A stretch of DNA of 60,694 bases from a virus, in the IMG/VR virus record IMGVR_UViG_3300026774_000001, positions 1-60,694 of that record; one strand, given 5' to 3'. Below the pieces are notes generated by a model. The model made no database searches, was not told the origin of the DNA, and was given only the letters and a program-made list of their open reading frames with translations. This document shows positions 23,023-32,162 of this stretch, piece by piece. Both the position numbers and the translations under genes were made by a program. Within the stretch, counting starts at the first letter, position 1. The number at the start of each line of letters is the position of its first letter.

Positions 23023-25491
23023 CTAACCACGCCTTCCGGTTCCGGCTCGGGCACGTCGCAGCATGTCCTGGTTCATCTCATTCTGTTGTTCCACAATGAT
23101 ATCGGTGATCTCTCGTTCGCCGATCTTGACCAGGAAGAAATTGTCACCGCTGTGTGCCACCGCGTTGACCGCACCTTCGCCCGTATCTGCGGATGCCTGA
23201 TTCATGACACCCGCGCGGCCCAGGGCTGACGCCAGCAGACTGTCCACTCGGGGGTCACCCAACGGGAGGAGTGCTTCATTGAACCGACCTTCGCCGATCA
23301 TGGCGAGCGTCGGGCCCGTAGCTAGTGCACCGGACGCAAGGTAGGGGATGTTCGGCGTGTTGATAGTGCCACCGCCGACCGTTCCGAGACCGGGGATGTC
23401 AACGGATGGAATCGAAAACGACAGGTTGTTCCATCCGCGAATGATCGAGTTAATCGCCGATTTGAAGCCCGAAGCGAGCGGCGAGAACATGTCGCTGAGC
23501 GCGCCGCTGATACGACCAGGGATGGCACGGACATTGTCGACAAAATCGGACCATCCGTCCTTGATTCCGTCAAGTGCTGACTTAATTGTCGACTTTACGA
23601 GATTGATCCCGTTTTTGATCGGTGTGAATACGTTGTTGTTGATAAACGCCCATCCGACCTGAAATGCGATCTGAAAAGCCTTCCAACCTGCAACAATAGT
23701 CTCAATGTTATCACCGATAACATCTTTGATCGTCTCCCAGATAATCTTGAATCCGATTCCCGCGAGACGGAATTGCTCGACGAGCCAGTTAATCGCAGCA
23801 CCGAGCCCGGCTTGCAGTAGGTCTGCCAGCGCTTCGACAGCAGGGACGACAAAAGGTGTGATGATGTTGTCGACCAGCCATAGCAGGATGTCGCCGAGGA
23901 CCTGAATGATTGGCACAAGAACAGCGCCGAGCAGTTCGGCGAGCACGCCGAAGATCTCGGCGACCGGATTCATGATGACGAGCAGCGGTTCGAGAATCGG
24001 AAGCAATGCCTCAAAAAGGGGCAAGAGCGCAACAAGTACCGCAGAAACGACAGAAAGTGCCGCAGACAGTGGCCCCTGTAGCGAGGTCAGCATCTGCTGA
24101 ATCAACGGCATGACGGCTTCAATCGCAACTACAAGGAATCCGCCGAAAAGTTCGATGATGGTGGTGAGGGGGGCAATAATCGGCTGAATCGCATCTGCGA
24201 CCAAACCCAAAATAGGCGCGAGGGCCGTAAGCACCGAACCCACCAGCTGCGACAACGGACCGAGCAACGGCGCGACAGCGCCGAGGATGGATGACAGGCC
24301 GCTCACCAGAGGGACGATAGCGGGGGCGAGGTTGCGCAGCACCACCGCGAAAGCGTCACCGACCTGATTCAACGCCTCGAAAATCGAGATCAGAACCTCT
24401 TGCCCCTGGGCAGACGCCAGGAAATCATCCACGACCCTGAGTGCTTCCCCAAAGGCCCCGAGGATGTTGCCACCAGTCGTTTGCGCCGCAGCTCCGACTG
24501 ATGCGAGAATACCCACAATCGGCTCCAGGATGTCACCGATGAGCGTGAACGTCTTCAACGCCTGATCGACCCATTGCACAGCCTGCCCGCTTGCCGCGGC
24601 CTGGTCGAGGAATGCCGCGAACTGCGTAATGAGGTTCGCGAGCCCCGCACCCGCGTTTTCTCCGAACGCATCATTGATGGCGTTACCGACGTTGAGTAGC
24701 GCCTCGAACAGTGCCGCTAGCGGTTCCTGGAGCTGAGCGAGAATCCCCGCCATGATCGAGAAGCTCTGGTTTACGAAATCGACGCCTTCGGCGGAAGTCG
24801 CCACCGCTGCAAGTCCGACAATGATCCCGTTGATTTCAGTCGCTACCGCGGTCATGCCAGCGGTCACGGGGCCAAGCAGGGTTTCCGCGAGCGTGTTCAG
24901 AACGTCATCGAAATCCTGGAAGAACGCGCCCTGTACCGAATTCCGAAGCTCCTCCAGCTCCGGCATAAGGTCACGAATGGCCTGTGCGGCCGCCTGGACA
25001 GGAGGTGCTAGTCCTTCCATGGCTGTGTTGAACTCTTCGGCGGTACCAGTTGCGGCTGCTTCGAAGGCTTCGCCTACGCCCAGCGTGGCGACACTCAGCG
25101 TCGTCATGCCCGCGGCGAGCACGCCGATACCGGAAGGCAATGCGGCTACGATACCGACAGCGGGTGCGAGCGCCGCGGCGAACTGTACAGCTGACGCCGC
25201 GGCCGATGCGAGCGCGAGGCTCAATGCCGCGAACGCCGGAACCGGCAGTTTGATGTCGGCGATAGATGACAGAGTGTCGCTCAGACCTGAGCTGAACCCG
25301 TCGCCGAACTCCTGCCCGGTATCCGACCCGATACGTCCGATGCCGCGTGAAATTGACCTCTCGGCACGTTCTACGCCTTGCGTAAGCGAGCGTTCAACGG
25401 TGCGACTGGCATTGCGAGCGGCACGCCGGACTTGACTCACGTCAAGATCGGCCGTGATCTCTACAAATGCCTCATCTAGCGGACCCGCCAT
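23023..25491 (-). CDS. tape measure protein (822 aa)
   Basis: Largest structural ORF, Ala/Leu/Gly-rich helical repeats, directly downstream of G/T chaperones. Confidence 0.85.
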   Translation of the reverse strand: MAGPLDEAFVEITADLDVSQVRRAARNASRTVERSLTQGVERAERSISRGIGRIGSDTGQEFGDGFSSGLSDTLSSIADIKLPVPAFAALSLALASAAASAVQFAAALAPAVGIVAALPSGIGVLAAGMTTLSVATLGVGEAFEAAATGTAEEFNTAMEGLAPPVQAAAQAIRDLMPELEELRNSVQGAFFQDFDDVLNTLAETLLGPVTAGMTAVATEINGIIVGLAAVATSAEGVDFVNQSFSIMAGILAQLQEPLAALFEALLNVGNAINDAFGENAGAGLANLITQFAAFLDQAAASGQAVQWVDQALKTFTLIGDILEPIVGILASVGAAAQTTGGNILGAFGEALRVVDDFLASAQGQEVLISIFEALNQVGDAFAVVLRNLAPAIVPLVSGLSSILGAVAPLLGPLSQLVGSVLTALAPILGLVADAIQPIIAPLTTIIELFGGFLVVAIEAVMPLIQQMLTSLQGPLSAALSVVSAVLVALLPLFEALLPILEPLLVIMNPVAEIFGVLAELLGAVLVPIIQVLGDILLWLVDNIITPFVVPAVEALADLLQAGLGAAINWLVEQFRLAGIGFKIIWETIKDVIGDNIETIVAGWKAFQIAFQVGWAFINNNVFTPIKNGINLVKSTIKSALDGIKDGWSDFVDNVRAIPGRISGALSDMFSPLASGFKSAINSIIRGWNNLSFSIPSVDIPGLGTVGGGTINTPNIPYLASGALATGPTLAMIGEGRFNEALLPLGDPRVDSLLASALGRAGVMNQASADTGEGAVNAVAHSGDNFFLVKIGEREITDIIVEQQNEMNQDMLRRARAGTGRRG

Positions 25492-25535
25492 TGCCGCACC
25501 TCAACCCCCGTTAACCTGCGCTCACAGTGTACCGC

Positions 25536-26410
25536 TTATTTCCCGCGTTTCCTGCCGCTCACTCCCGGTGCGGTCAACGTCGCCATGGCCGCTTTCGAAT
25601 TGAAGTTGTTCGTCTTGTCGTCCCCGTACCATGCGGGTTTCGGAGCGCGCTTGCGCTCCGGTCTGCCGTTCCGCGGAGCCGCGATTGCCTTCGCAACTGC
25701 GGGACCTGCTTTCTGCATGTCCCACTCCGCCACCTTCTCAGCGATCACCGCATCGAATTTGTCTTTGTCCTCGGTTGAAGCGTTGCGCGTGGCAAAGTAG
25801 TACACCAAGTTGAGCCATTGATCCCAAGGCAGTTGCAAGTGGTCGACGTTGCGTGAAGCGCACCAACCGTCGAAGGTGGGCCACACCTGATCCGATGTGG
25901 CCCAATCCTCTAGGGAGATTGCGGCAACGTAATGCCTTTTCCCAGTGCTTCACCGATCACCCAAGTGAGAATTTCGTAGAACGCCCCGATGTCGATCGCA
26001 TCGTATTCGCCATCGAATCGACGCTTGAAGCGGCCGAGCGATTCGGACTCGAAGACTTCGGCAAGCAGCTTGAAGATCGGCTCAGTTGCATCACGGTCAA
26101 CGTTTTCATCCGCGGCGAGTGACTGAATTTCGATCGCCTTACGGTAGACCGCAAGCGCAGCAGGACTGACGGGTTCAGCCCCATCAGGGGAAACGAGTGC
26201 CAGAATTTCACCCGCGAGACGAGAGAACTCATCGACACGCGGATCCCTCATCGTTTCTGCGGGTGCCTGAGCTGCTGCCTGCATTTCCCCGGCAAGACGG
26301 GAAAGCTCGGTCATCCGCCCAGCGGGAACACTCGCCTTAAGGCTGAACACCTCATCGTCGATGTCGAATTCGATGGGTTCTTTCCGCGTGGTAAAGCTCT
26401 TACGAGTCAT
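25536..26410 (-). CDS. tail assembly chaperone G-T fusion via -1 programmed frameshift
   Basis: ORF 25536..25886 lies in the -1 frame relative to 25910..26410 and that frame is open from the slippery site at 25943. Confidence 0.7.
25910..26410 (-). CDS. tail assembly chaperone (G-like, 166 aa)
   Basis: Position immediately upstream of tape measure; acidic protein. Confidence 0.75.
   Translation of the reverse strand: MTRKSFTTRKEPIEFDIDDEVFSLKASVPAGRMTELSRLAGEMQAAAQAPAETMRDPRVDEFSRLAGEILALVSPDGAEPVSPAALAVYRKAIEIQSLAADENVDRDATEPIFKLLAEVFESESLGRFKRRFDGEYDAIDIGAFYEILTWVIGEALGKGITLPQSP
25937..25943 (-). promoter_or_regulatory. -1 frameshift slippery heptamer G GGA AAA
   Basis: Minus strand reads ctG GGA AAA ggc, 9 codons before the G stop. 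Confidence 0.7.
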
Positions 26411-26422
26411 GATGTCACCTGT

Positions 26423-26758
26423 CTATGAGAACTGCGTGAAGCCTTCCCGAAGTCCGTCAACGAGGAACGGGTTAGCCTCCATGTACCGAGTGCCTTGATG
26501 TACATAGTTGGCGTACTCGACATCGGTACCGATCCGCTCAACAATAGCACCGTTTCGGATGTACTCCCGAATCTCGATAGAGTTGACCAGGTTGCCTGTG
26601 TCGATGCGCCGCGGGTCGGAATTCAGTCTGCGCTTAGCGGCTGCCTGTGTGGCAAGTGCGCGAGCGCGTAGGTTCATCACGACGCCAGAAGACGGGGAGG
26701 TCATGAGGACGCGGATGTTCCCGTAGTTGGTCGAGTGCTTGACTCTGGATGTCGCCAC
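26423..26758 (-). CDS. HK97 gp10-like head-tail joining / tail completion protein (111 aa)
   Basis: RRIDTGNLVNSIE...VEYANYVHQGT resembles gp10-family pattern. Confidence 0.6.
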   Translation of the reverse strand: MATSRVKHSTNYGNIRVLMTSPSSGVVMNLRARALATQAAAKRRLNSDPRRIDTGNLVNSIEIREYIRNGAIVERIGTDVEYANYVHQGTRYMEANPFLVDGLREGFTQFS

Positions 26759-26767
26759 GTTGACCGC

Positions 26768-27331
26768 CTAGCTGATATCGCAGGGGTAGCCACCGTTGGG
26801 GACGCCGATCTGCACCGTAATCGCAGATCCTTGGCAGCCGCCCATAGGCCCCACCATGGTTTGCGGTCCGATCGTGTACCGGTCGAAGAGCTTCACACCG
26901 TTAGTGCGTGTGGAGCCTGCGCACAGGCAGCACATGAGGCCAGCGCGAACCGCCCATGCGTCTTCGATAGACACGCGTGCCGCGGCGTCAACCTCTGAGC
27001 ATGGAGGGGGATTGCCCATGTCGTCACCCGTAGGGGAGCACCGGAGCATCGACACCGTGTATTGGAAGACGAACAAAGGTGGCCCGCACTTGCGCATACC
27101 GTCGTTCTGTGCCGCATCCCAGGGGTTCGGGAACGTGCCCGAATCGTACGGGCGGTCAAGCGACACGACGAGCTGCCCGCACTCGCAGTCGTCCCAGGCG
27201 ATTTGCCCCGTCGTGATGCACACGCGACTAGGGAGACCCGTGGTCGTTCCCCCAAGATAGGGGAGGATGCAGTCTCGCAAGTGCTCAGCGAGTTCATAAC
27301 CGGCGAACGGGTTTGCGTTGGTGAACACCAT
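26768..27331 (-). CDS. Cys-rich virion-region protein (187 aa)
   Basis: Internal ATG 27331 (TGATG overlap with upstream stop); about 13 Cys. Confidence 0.6.
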   Translation of the reverse strand: MVFTNANPFAGYELAEHLRDCILPYLGGTTTGLPSRVCITTGQIAWDDCECGQLVVSLDRPYDSGTFPNPWDAAQNDGMRKCGPPLFVFQYTVSMLRCSPTGDDMGNPPPCSEVDAAARVSIEDAWAVRAGLMCCLCAGSTRTNGVKLFDRYTIGPQTMVGPMGGCQGSAITVQIGVPNGGYPCDIS

Positions 27332-28188
27332 CAGGCTGTCCCCACCCGTCGATGCTTCGGACCGTCGATGTCGAAGATATTCGCCATACCGGTGCCAGAG
27401 GGGTTGAACGTCTTGATGAACAGATCCGGCCAGTACATGCCTGTCATGCCGCCCTTGAAAGCTGTCTCCGAATCGAAGAACACCTTTTTCACGCCTTGCC
27501 GTGTCACCTCCTGAACGGTGCCCGAAGGCAGCACGCAACCTGAGGCGTTGATACAGCGCTTGGCGATCTCCACTGCGAGCTGCCCGGCCGCGAGCTTGCC
27601 CAGTTCGGGAACGTCCTGACCGTAATCCGCGGTCACTGACCACGTGCCGACCTCGGTGTCTTCAAGGTTCATATCATTGCAACGCGGCCACTCTTCGCCG
27701 TCGATACGAACGAGGAGGTTGAAATTGTCGACACGATAAGCCGTAGGGGGCAGCACAACGCCATCAACCCTGACTTCGGTAATCGAGGCCACAGGGTACG
27801 GGAGCCGGACTTCGGAGATGTGCGAGCATGAGCAGTCGGAGAAGCACGAACCACACGCAATGTTGATCCACGCACCGCCGATCAACGCGGGTTGCGGGAA
27901 CGGCCATGAAGATCCGGTGAAGTCGTACCAACCGCCAGTTGTGGGGATCCAAGGACCGGCAGGGAGGCAGTCTTTCCGGCACGGGCGCAGCGACACGGAG
28001 CACAACCCGAACTGTCGCTTCGTGCGGTTCCACAGGATTTCGGTAGCGATCATCGCCGCGCTAGTTTCAAGCTCCGGTGTCACTCCGTCAGGGAAATTCG
28101 CGCACGACAAGTCCCAAGCCTGGCACGGACCGAAGTCCACGCTTCCCGCTACAGGAGAGCTGGGCGGAAGAGGATTGATGACTGGCAC
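27331..28188 (-). CDS. Cys-rich virion-region protein (285 aa)
   Basis: GTG start with SD taaggag; CGSCFSDCSCSH and other Cys clusters. Confidence 0.65.
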   Translation of the reverse strand: MPVINPLPPSSPVAGSVDFGPCQAWDLSCANFPDGVTPELETSAAMIATEILWNRTKRQFGLCSVSLRPCRKDCLPAGPWIPTTGGWYDFTGSSWPFPQPALIGGAWINIACGSCFSDCSCSHISEVRLPYPVASITEVRVDGVVLPPTAYRVDNFNLLVRIDGEEWPRCNDMNLEDTEVGTWSVTADYGQDVPELGKLAAGQLAVEIAKRCINASGCVLPSGTVQEVTRQGVKKVFFDSETAFKGGMTGMYWPDLFIKTFNPSGTGMANIFDIDGPKHRRVGTA

Positions 28189-28197
28189 TGTATCTCC

Positions 28198-29571
28198 TTA
28201 CGGTGTCGGGAATTTTCCACTGTTGACGATCACCGCTTGTGTGGGATCACTGAGGTTCGTTGCAACACGCGTGGCCGCGATGTATCCAATAAACGCCGCA
28301 TCAGAGAGCATCGGGTTGGGTGTGAACGAACCTGCCCCGATTGCCGCAACCGCGTTCGAGAGACTGGTATACGTGTTTCCGCCATACTGGATGATGAGCT
28401 GGTCAACAACATTGTTAGCAGCAAACAAGTACACGCGGTGAATCGTTGAGGTTCCCGCGCCGCCACCGATCGGCGTGATGACGCCGCCGGGCGCGTAGTT
28501 GGCGACATCGATCGTGTTCCTCAGCACACCGAACGTGGTGCTTGTGCTCGTGGTGTACCGGTACTGTGCCGGAGTCTGCGCGGCAGTGGTCGACACGTGC
28601 GGGTCGTTGGTCTGCACTGGCCCGACGAAGTGGTTGAACGCCTGGGAGAACAGTCTTCCCGTGCTTTTGTTGACCATCAGGTTCACGCCGTTGGCGCTGA
28701 TGATGTTGCCCGATACGTTGAACGGTCCGAGCGACACCATGAGGTCAGAGAGCTGATTCGCGGGTTGCTGCATGATGATGGGTAGCGTCTGGTCGATCGT
28801 GATGACGCCGCCGACCTGCGCAGTGAGCCCGAGCCGGATGTGCGTGCGTCGTTGCTCGTTCGTGGTCGGCGACGGCACTTGGGTAATGACCTGGTTCTCA
28901 TCCATCAACCATGAGGTCACGGTGCGCCCAAGCGCACCTGCGTCCATCTCCAGACCGGTCACGCCGGGGAAGTCGATCCGTGTGATCGACGGATTGAACG
29001 GGTCGGCCGTGAAGTCGGTAATGTAACCGACGAACGGTGCGATGTCGATAGCAGACGGGCTACCGGCGTTCACGCTTATCTCGCCACCGGCAGCAACTCC
29101 GGTCGACAAAGTCACCCGGCGTAGTTCGAGTGCTAGCAGCTCTATAGCTGCGATGTCAGCTTGCGCCGTAGCCATGTCAGTTTGCAGCGTGTTGACATCG
29201 GCTTGCAGCGTCGTCACATCTGTCTGCACGCCCGTGATCGTGACATGGATACCGGCAACGTCGGCTTCCAGTATGGTGACATCGTTCTGCAATGCTGCGA
29301 ATTCTGCCGGTGATACCGGAGGGGGGAGTCCGATACCGGTTTGAAACGACTCGGAATCTGCGTGAAGCCAGTACTCCCCTGCTTCGACATAGAACGCAAC
29401 GGCACCTGAATTGCTGGTAGTCACAGGGTTAGCGATCGGTACCGTTCCGGCGGCGTCAGCGTATAGCGGAGCGAGGATATTGGAATTCAGCGGGAACACG
29501 CGAACGGGAACGTCCGTCGCGAGTGTTCCGGTCGGAAACCAGAAAATGTCCGAGTACAACGCCAATGCCAT
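28198..29571 (-). CDS. fibre-like structural protein with coiled-coil repeats (457 aa)
   Basis: VTILEADVAGIHVTITGVQTDVTTLQADVNTLQTDMATAQADIAAIE repeat. Confidence 0.6.
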   Translation of the reverse strand: MALALYSDIFWFPTGTLATDVPVRVFPLNSNILAPLYADAAGTVPIANPVTTSNSGAVAFYVEAGEYWLHADSESFQTGIGLPPPVSPAEFAALQNDVTILEADVAGIHVTITGVQTDVTTLQADVNTLQTDMATAQADIAAIELLALELRRVTLSTGVAAGGEISVNAGSPSAIDIAPFVGYITDFTADPFNPSITRIDFPGVTGLEMDAGALGRTVTSWLMDENQVITQVPSPTTNEQRRTHIRLGLTAQVGGVITIDQTLPIIMQQPANQLSDLMVSLGPFNVSGNIISANGVNLMVNKSTGRLFSQAFNHFVGPVQTNDPHVSTTAAQTPAQYRYTTSTSTTFGVLRNTIDVANYAPGGVITPIGGGAGTSTIHRVYLFAANNVVDQLIIQYGGNTYTSLSNAVAAIGAGSFTPNPMLSDAAFIGYIAATRVATNLSDPTQAVIVNSGKFPTP

Positions 29572-29613
29572 GCCTGCCCCCTGTGTGACACTCAGTGTAC
29601 CGCCTGCGAACGG

Positions 29614-30438
29614 CTATGATGGACGCTTCTTGGGCACGTCAGGTGTTGCGCCTTGCCGCGGTACACGAAGCACCGACGCGGCCCGCTGTCGGTTGCTCGC
29701 CACGCGCTCAGTGCGCGCCCCTGTGACCGTCTGCGTGTTGAGTGCGCTAGCGACTGGTCGTTTCGGGAATCTACGCCCCACGGTGATCTTCGGGGAAAGG
29801 TCAACATAAGTGCTATCCCACTTCACGCTCAGCGCCGAAACCTCTTCGCCGAGGAACTGATGCGCCTTCCGCCCGCGGCCGTGCCCCACCAAGCTGTCGT
29901 CGTCGCGGTGATCCACCAATGTGGGCCAAGTGCAATACGTGGGCAGCCGCAGCACGTCGATAGCGTAACGTCCGATACGCCGATCATAGTTCGGATAGGT
30001 CTGCTTGTCACACCACGGCAACATCTTGTCGATGATGTCCGTGGGTGCCATGATCGCCACGCCCCAGTTCAGGGACGGCATGCGAATCCATGAGGCGTTA
30101 GCGGCCTTCGCGGCCTGCACCGCACGCTCCACACGGCTTGCCACGGGTCGACGCGTGCCGGTATACGGAGAGACCAGGCAACGCTCAGGCAGGAACGTAG
30201 CGGCCTTCTCAAGCCCTGCAATGAGGTCCCGAGTGACCAGCGCGTCATCTTGAATTACGCACCAATGTGTGCAACTAGGATCGTACATTTCCCAGGCGCG
30301 ACGACCCGTGTCCCATCTATCATTACGGCGATCCCAAGAAACCATTTCCTCGCCGATGCCCAGTCTCTCTAGGAGACCGGGAACAAATTGAGCCCGCTTT
30401 TGGTGCGCCATGATCGAGACGCCCAGCTTGATCACCAT
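29614..30438 (-). CDS. putative GT-A-fold glycosyltransferase (274 aa)
   Basis: VIQDDALV DXD-like motif; clustered with GT32 and methyltransferases. Confidence 0.5.
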   Translation of the reverse strand: MVIKLGVSIMAHQKRAQFVPGLLERLGIGEEMVSWDRRNDRWDTGRRAWEMYDPSCTHWCVIQDDALVTRDLIAGLEKAATFLPERCLVSPYTGTRRPVASRVERAVQAAKAANASWIRMPSLNWGVAIMAPTDIIDKMLPWCDKQTYPNYDRRIGRYAIDVLRLPTYCTWPTLVDHRDDDSLVGHGRGRKAHQFLGEEVSALSVKWDSTYVDLSPKITVGRRFPKRPVASALNTQTVTGARTERVASNRQRAASVLRVPRQGATPDVPKKRPS

Positions 30439-30467
30439 TGCTTACCTTCATCCTGTACACTAAATAC

Positions 30468-30974
30468 ATGAACGATTTTTGTCTCTGCGGATGCGGTCAA
30501 GAAATCACGTCCACGCGTCATGGAAAGCCCTGTCTGTACATTCACGGACACAACCGAACTAAAACTTCCATAAACGAGTCTAATTACATCATTGATGGCA
30601 GAGGGTACAAAACCGCGTGTTGGGTTTGGAAAGGTAAACCGAACGCAGCAGGATACGGAAGAACACAAAAGAATAAAAAGACAGTACTTGCGCACCGTGC
30701 AGTTTACGAGCTGCACAACGGCCCTATCCCGGACGGATTGGAACTTGACCATCTGTGCCGTGTACCAGCCTGTGTTAATCCTACTCACCTCGATCCGGTT
30801 ACTCACCTAGTAAACGTACGTCGAGGCAGGGCTAAAAGCTTTTCGTCCGAAAAGGTTGCTGAGGCTCAGGCCCTGCGCGATAGCGGAATGTCTGTGCTTG
30901 CCATCAGTAAGCAGATGGGTCACGACTGGAAAACGATTCGAAAGCACGTCACAGACCAACCTTCCCATAGATGA
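30468..30974 (+). CDS. HNH homing endonuclease with C-terminal HTH (168 aa)
   Basis: LAHRAVYE...LDHLCRVPACVNPTHLDPVTHLVNVRRG; opposite strand to all neighbours. Confidence 0.8.
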   Translation: MNDFCLCGCGQEITSTRHGKPCLYIHGHNRTKTSINESNYIIDGRGYKTACWVWKGKPNAAGYGRTQKNKKTVLAHRAVYELHNGPIPDGLELDHLCRVPACVNPTHLDPVTHLVNVRRGRAKSFSSEKVAEAQALRDSGMSVLAISKQMGHDWKTIRKHVTDQPSHR

Positions 30975-31539
30975 AGAACGACGCCAGTCCCTCGCGAAGT
31001 GGCGGCTCTTCGATCTTGAGTTCCCAGTCAAGGAACCGTTCGGCAATGTCGTCCGTGAACCTTCGCCGGAACACGTGGCGTGCGGTGCGCCCATCGGGGG
31101 TGTTTGTGGCGTAGATGACCACGTGCCGCGTCGCACTGTTGAAAAGGTGGTCAAGGTATTCGAAGTAGTCGCGGTCATCGGGGAGGTGAAACAGGACGTC
31201 CATGCTCATGGACATCCGGTAGGCGTCTTCATAGTTGTGCGTTGCCCCTGGACCGGCGAACCGGTGCTGCGGGAACTTCGCGGACATGCGATCCACGATC
31301 GTTTGCGAAACATCCACGCCCGTGTAGCTGGTTCCCTTCGGGAACGTGATCAGTTCGAGGACTTGACCATCACCGCAACCCCAGTCGACCACGGTTTGCA
31401 CCCCGTGGTCTGCGATGAATTTGGAGATGTAAGCCGCTTTGTAGGCACCCTCTGCGCCTTCGGAGCCCGCTCCCGAGCTACGCCCGTCGCGGTAGCGCCG
31501 ATCCCAGTAACCGGCTGGGGTGTACGCGGGGGCGCTCAT
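30949..31539 (-). CDS. class I SAM-dependent methyltransferase (196 aa)
   Basis: Motif I VVDWGCGDGQVLE. Confidence 0.75.
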   Translation of the reverse strand: MSAPAYTPAGYWDRRYRDGRSSGAGSEGAEGAYKAAYISKFIADHGVQTVVDWGCGDGQVLELITFPKGTSYTGVDVSQTIVDRMSAKFPQHRFAGPGATHNYEDAYRMSMSMDVLFHLPDDRDYFEYLDHLFNSATRHVVIYATNTPDGRTARHVFRRRFTDDIAERFLDWELKIEEPPLREGLASFFIYGKVGL

Positions 31540-32162
31540 TTCTCGACCCCGGGAACGCGTTCACCGATGACCTCGCCCGGCTTGCCGACAGCCAACCGGC
31601 CGTTTGCCATTGGAACGGGGTCCGCGAACTCACCGGACTTGCGAAGGATGGTCACCGCTTCGGTAACCCCGATGTTCTTGGTAATGCCGTAGTCGTCGAA
31701 GATGATGACCGCATCGTCCGTAAGGTGTTTGCGCCATGCGCGGAAGTCCGCAAGGGCAGCTTCCCGGTGATGGTCCCCATCGATGTACAGCAGGGCCACA
31801 GGCTCGCCGGTATAGCCGTCAGACGCGAGCGCAGTAAGGGATCGGATCGGAGTCACGATCTCTTCGACATCCGCTTTAGCGATCTGCGACAGGAAGTCGT
31901 CGAAGAGCGGACTTGGCAGTTCACTCAGCACCGCCTTGCGCCAGGCCGAAACCTCTTCGCTCCATGCGTCGATGGCGTACACGCGCGCGTGATTGCTCTC
32001 CGCTGATCCGGTCGCGAGATAGCATGTCGACTTGCCTCGGTACGATCCGAGTTCCACGATTGCCTGATCGCTCGGCACCGCTGTTGCGTAGTCATACAAC
32101 AGCTCGCCGACATCGCGACCGATCAGACCGTCAAGTTCGGCGAGTTCATCGAGTGTGAGCAC
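31536..32162 (-). CDS. SAM-dependent (O-)methyltransferase, Methyltransf_24-like (208 aa)
   Basis: IVELGSYRGKST...YIDGDHHREAALADF...IIFDDY. Confidence 0.7.
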   Translation of the reverse strand: MLTLDELAELDGLIGRDVGELLYDYATAVPSDQAIVELGSYRGKSTCYLATGSAESNHARVYAIDAWSEEVSAWRKAVLSELPSPLFDDFLSQIAKADVEEIVTPIRSLTALASDGYTGEPVALLYIDGDHHREAALADFRAWRKHLTDDAVIIFDDYGITKNIGVTEAVTILRKSGEFADPVPMANGRLAVGKPGEVIGERVPGVEK

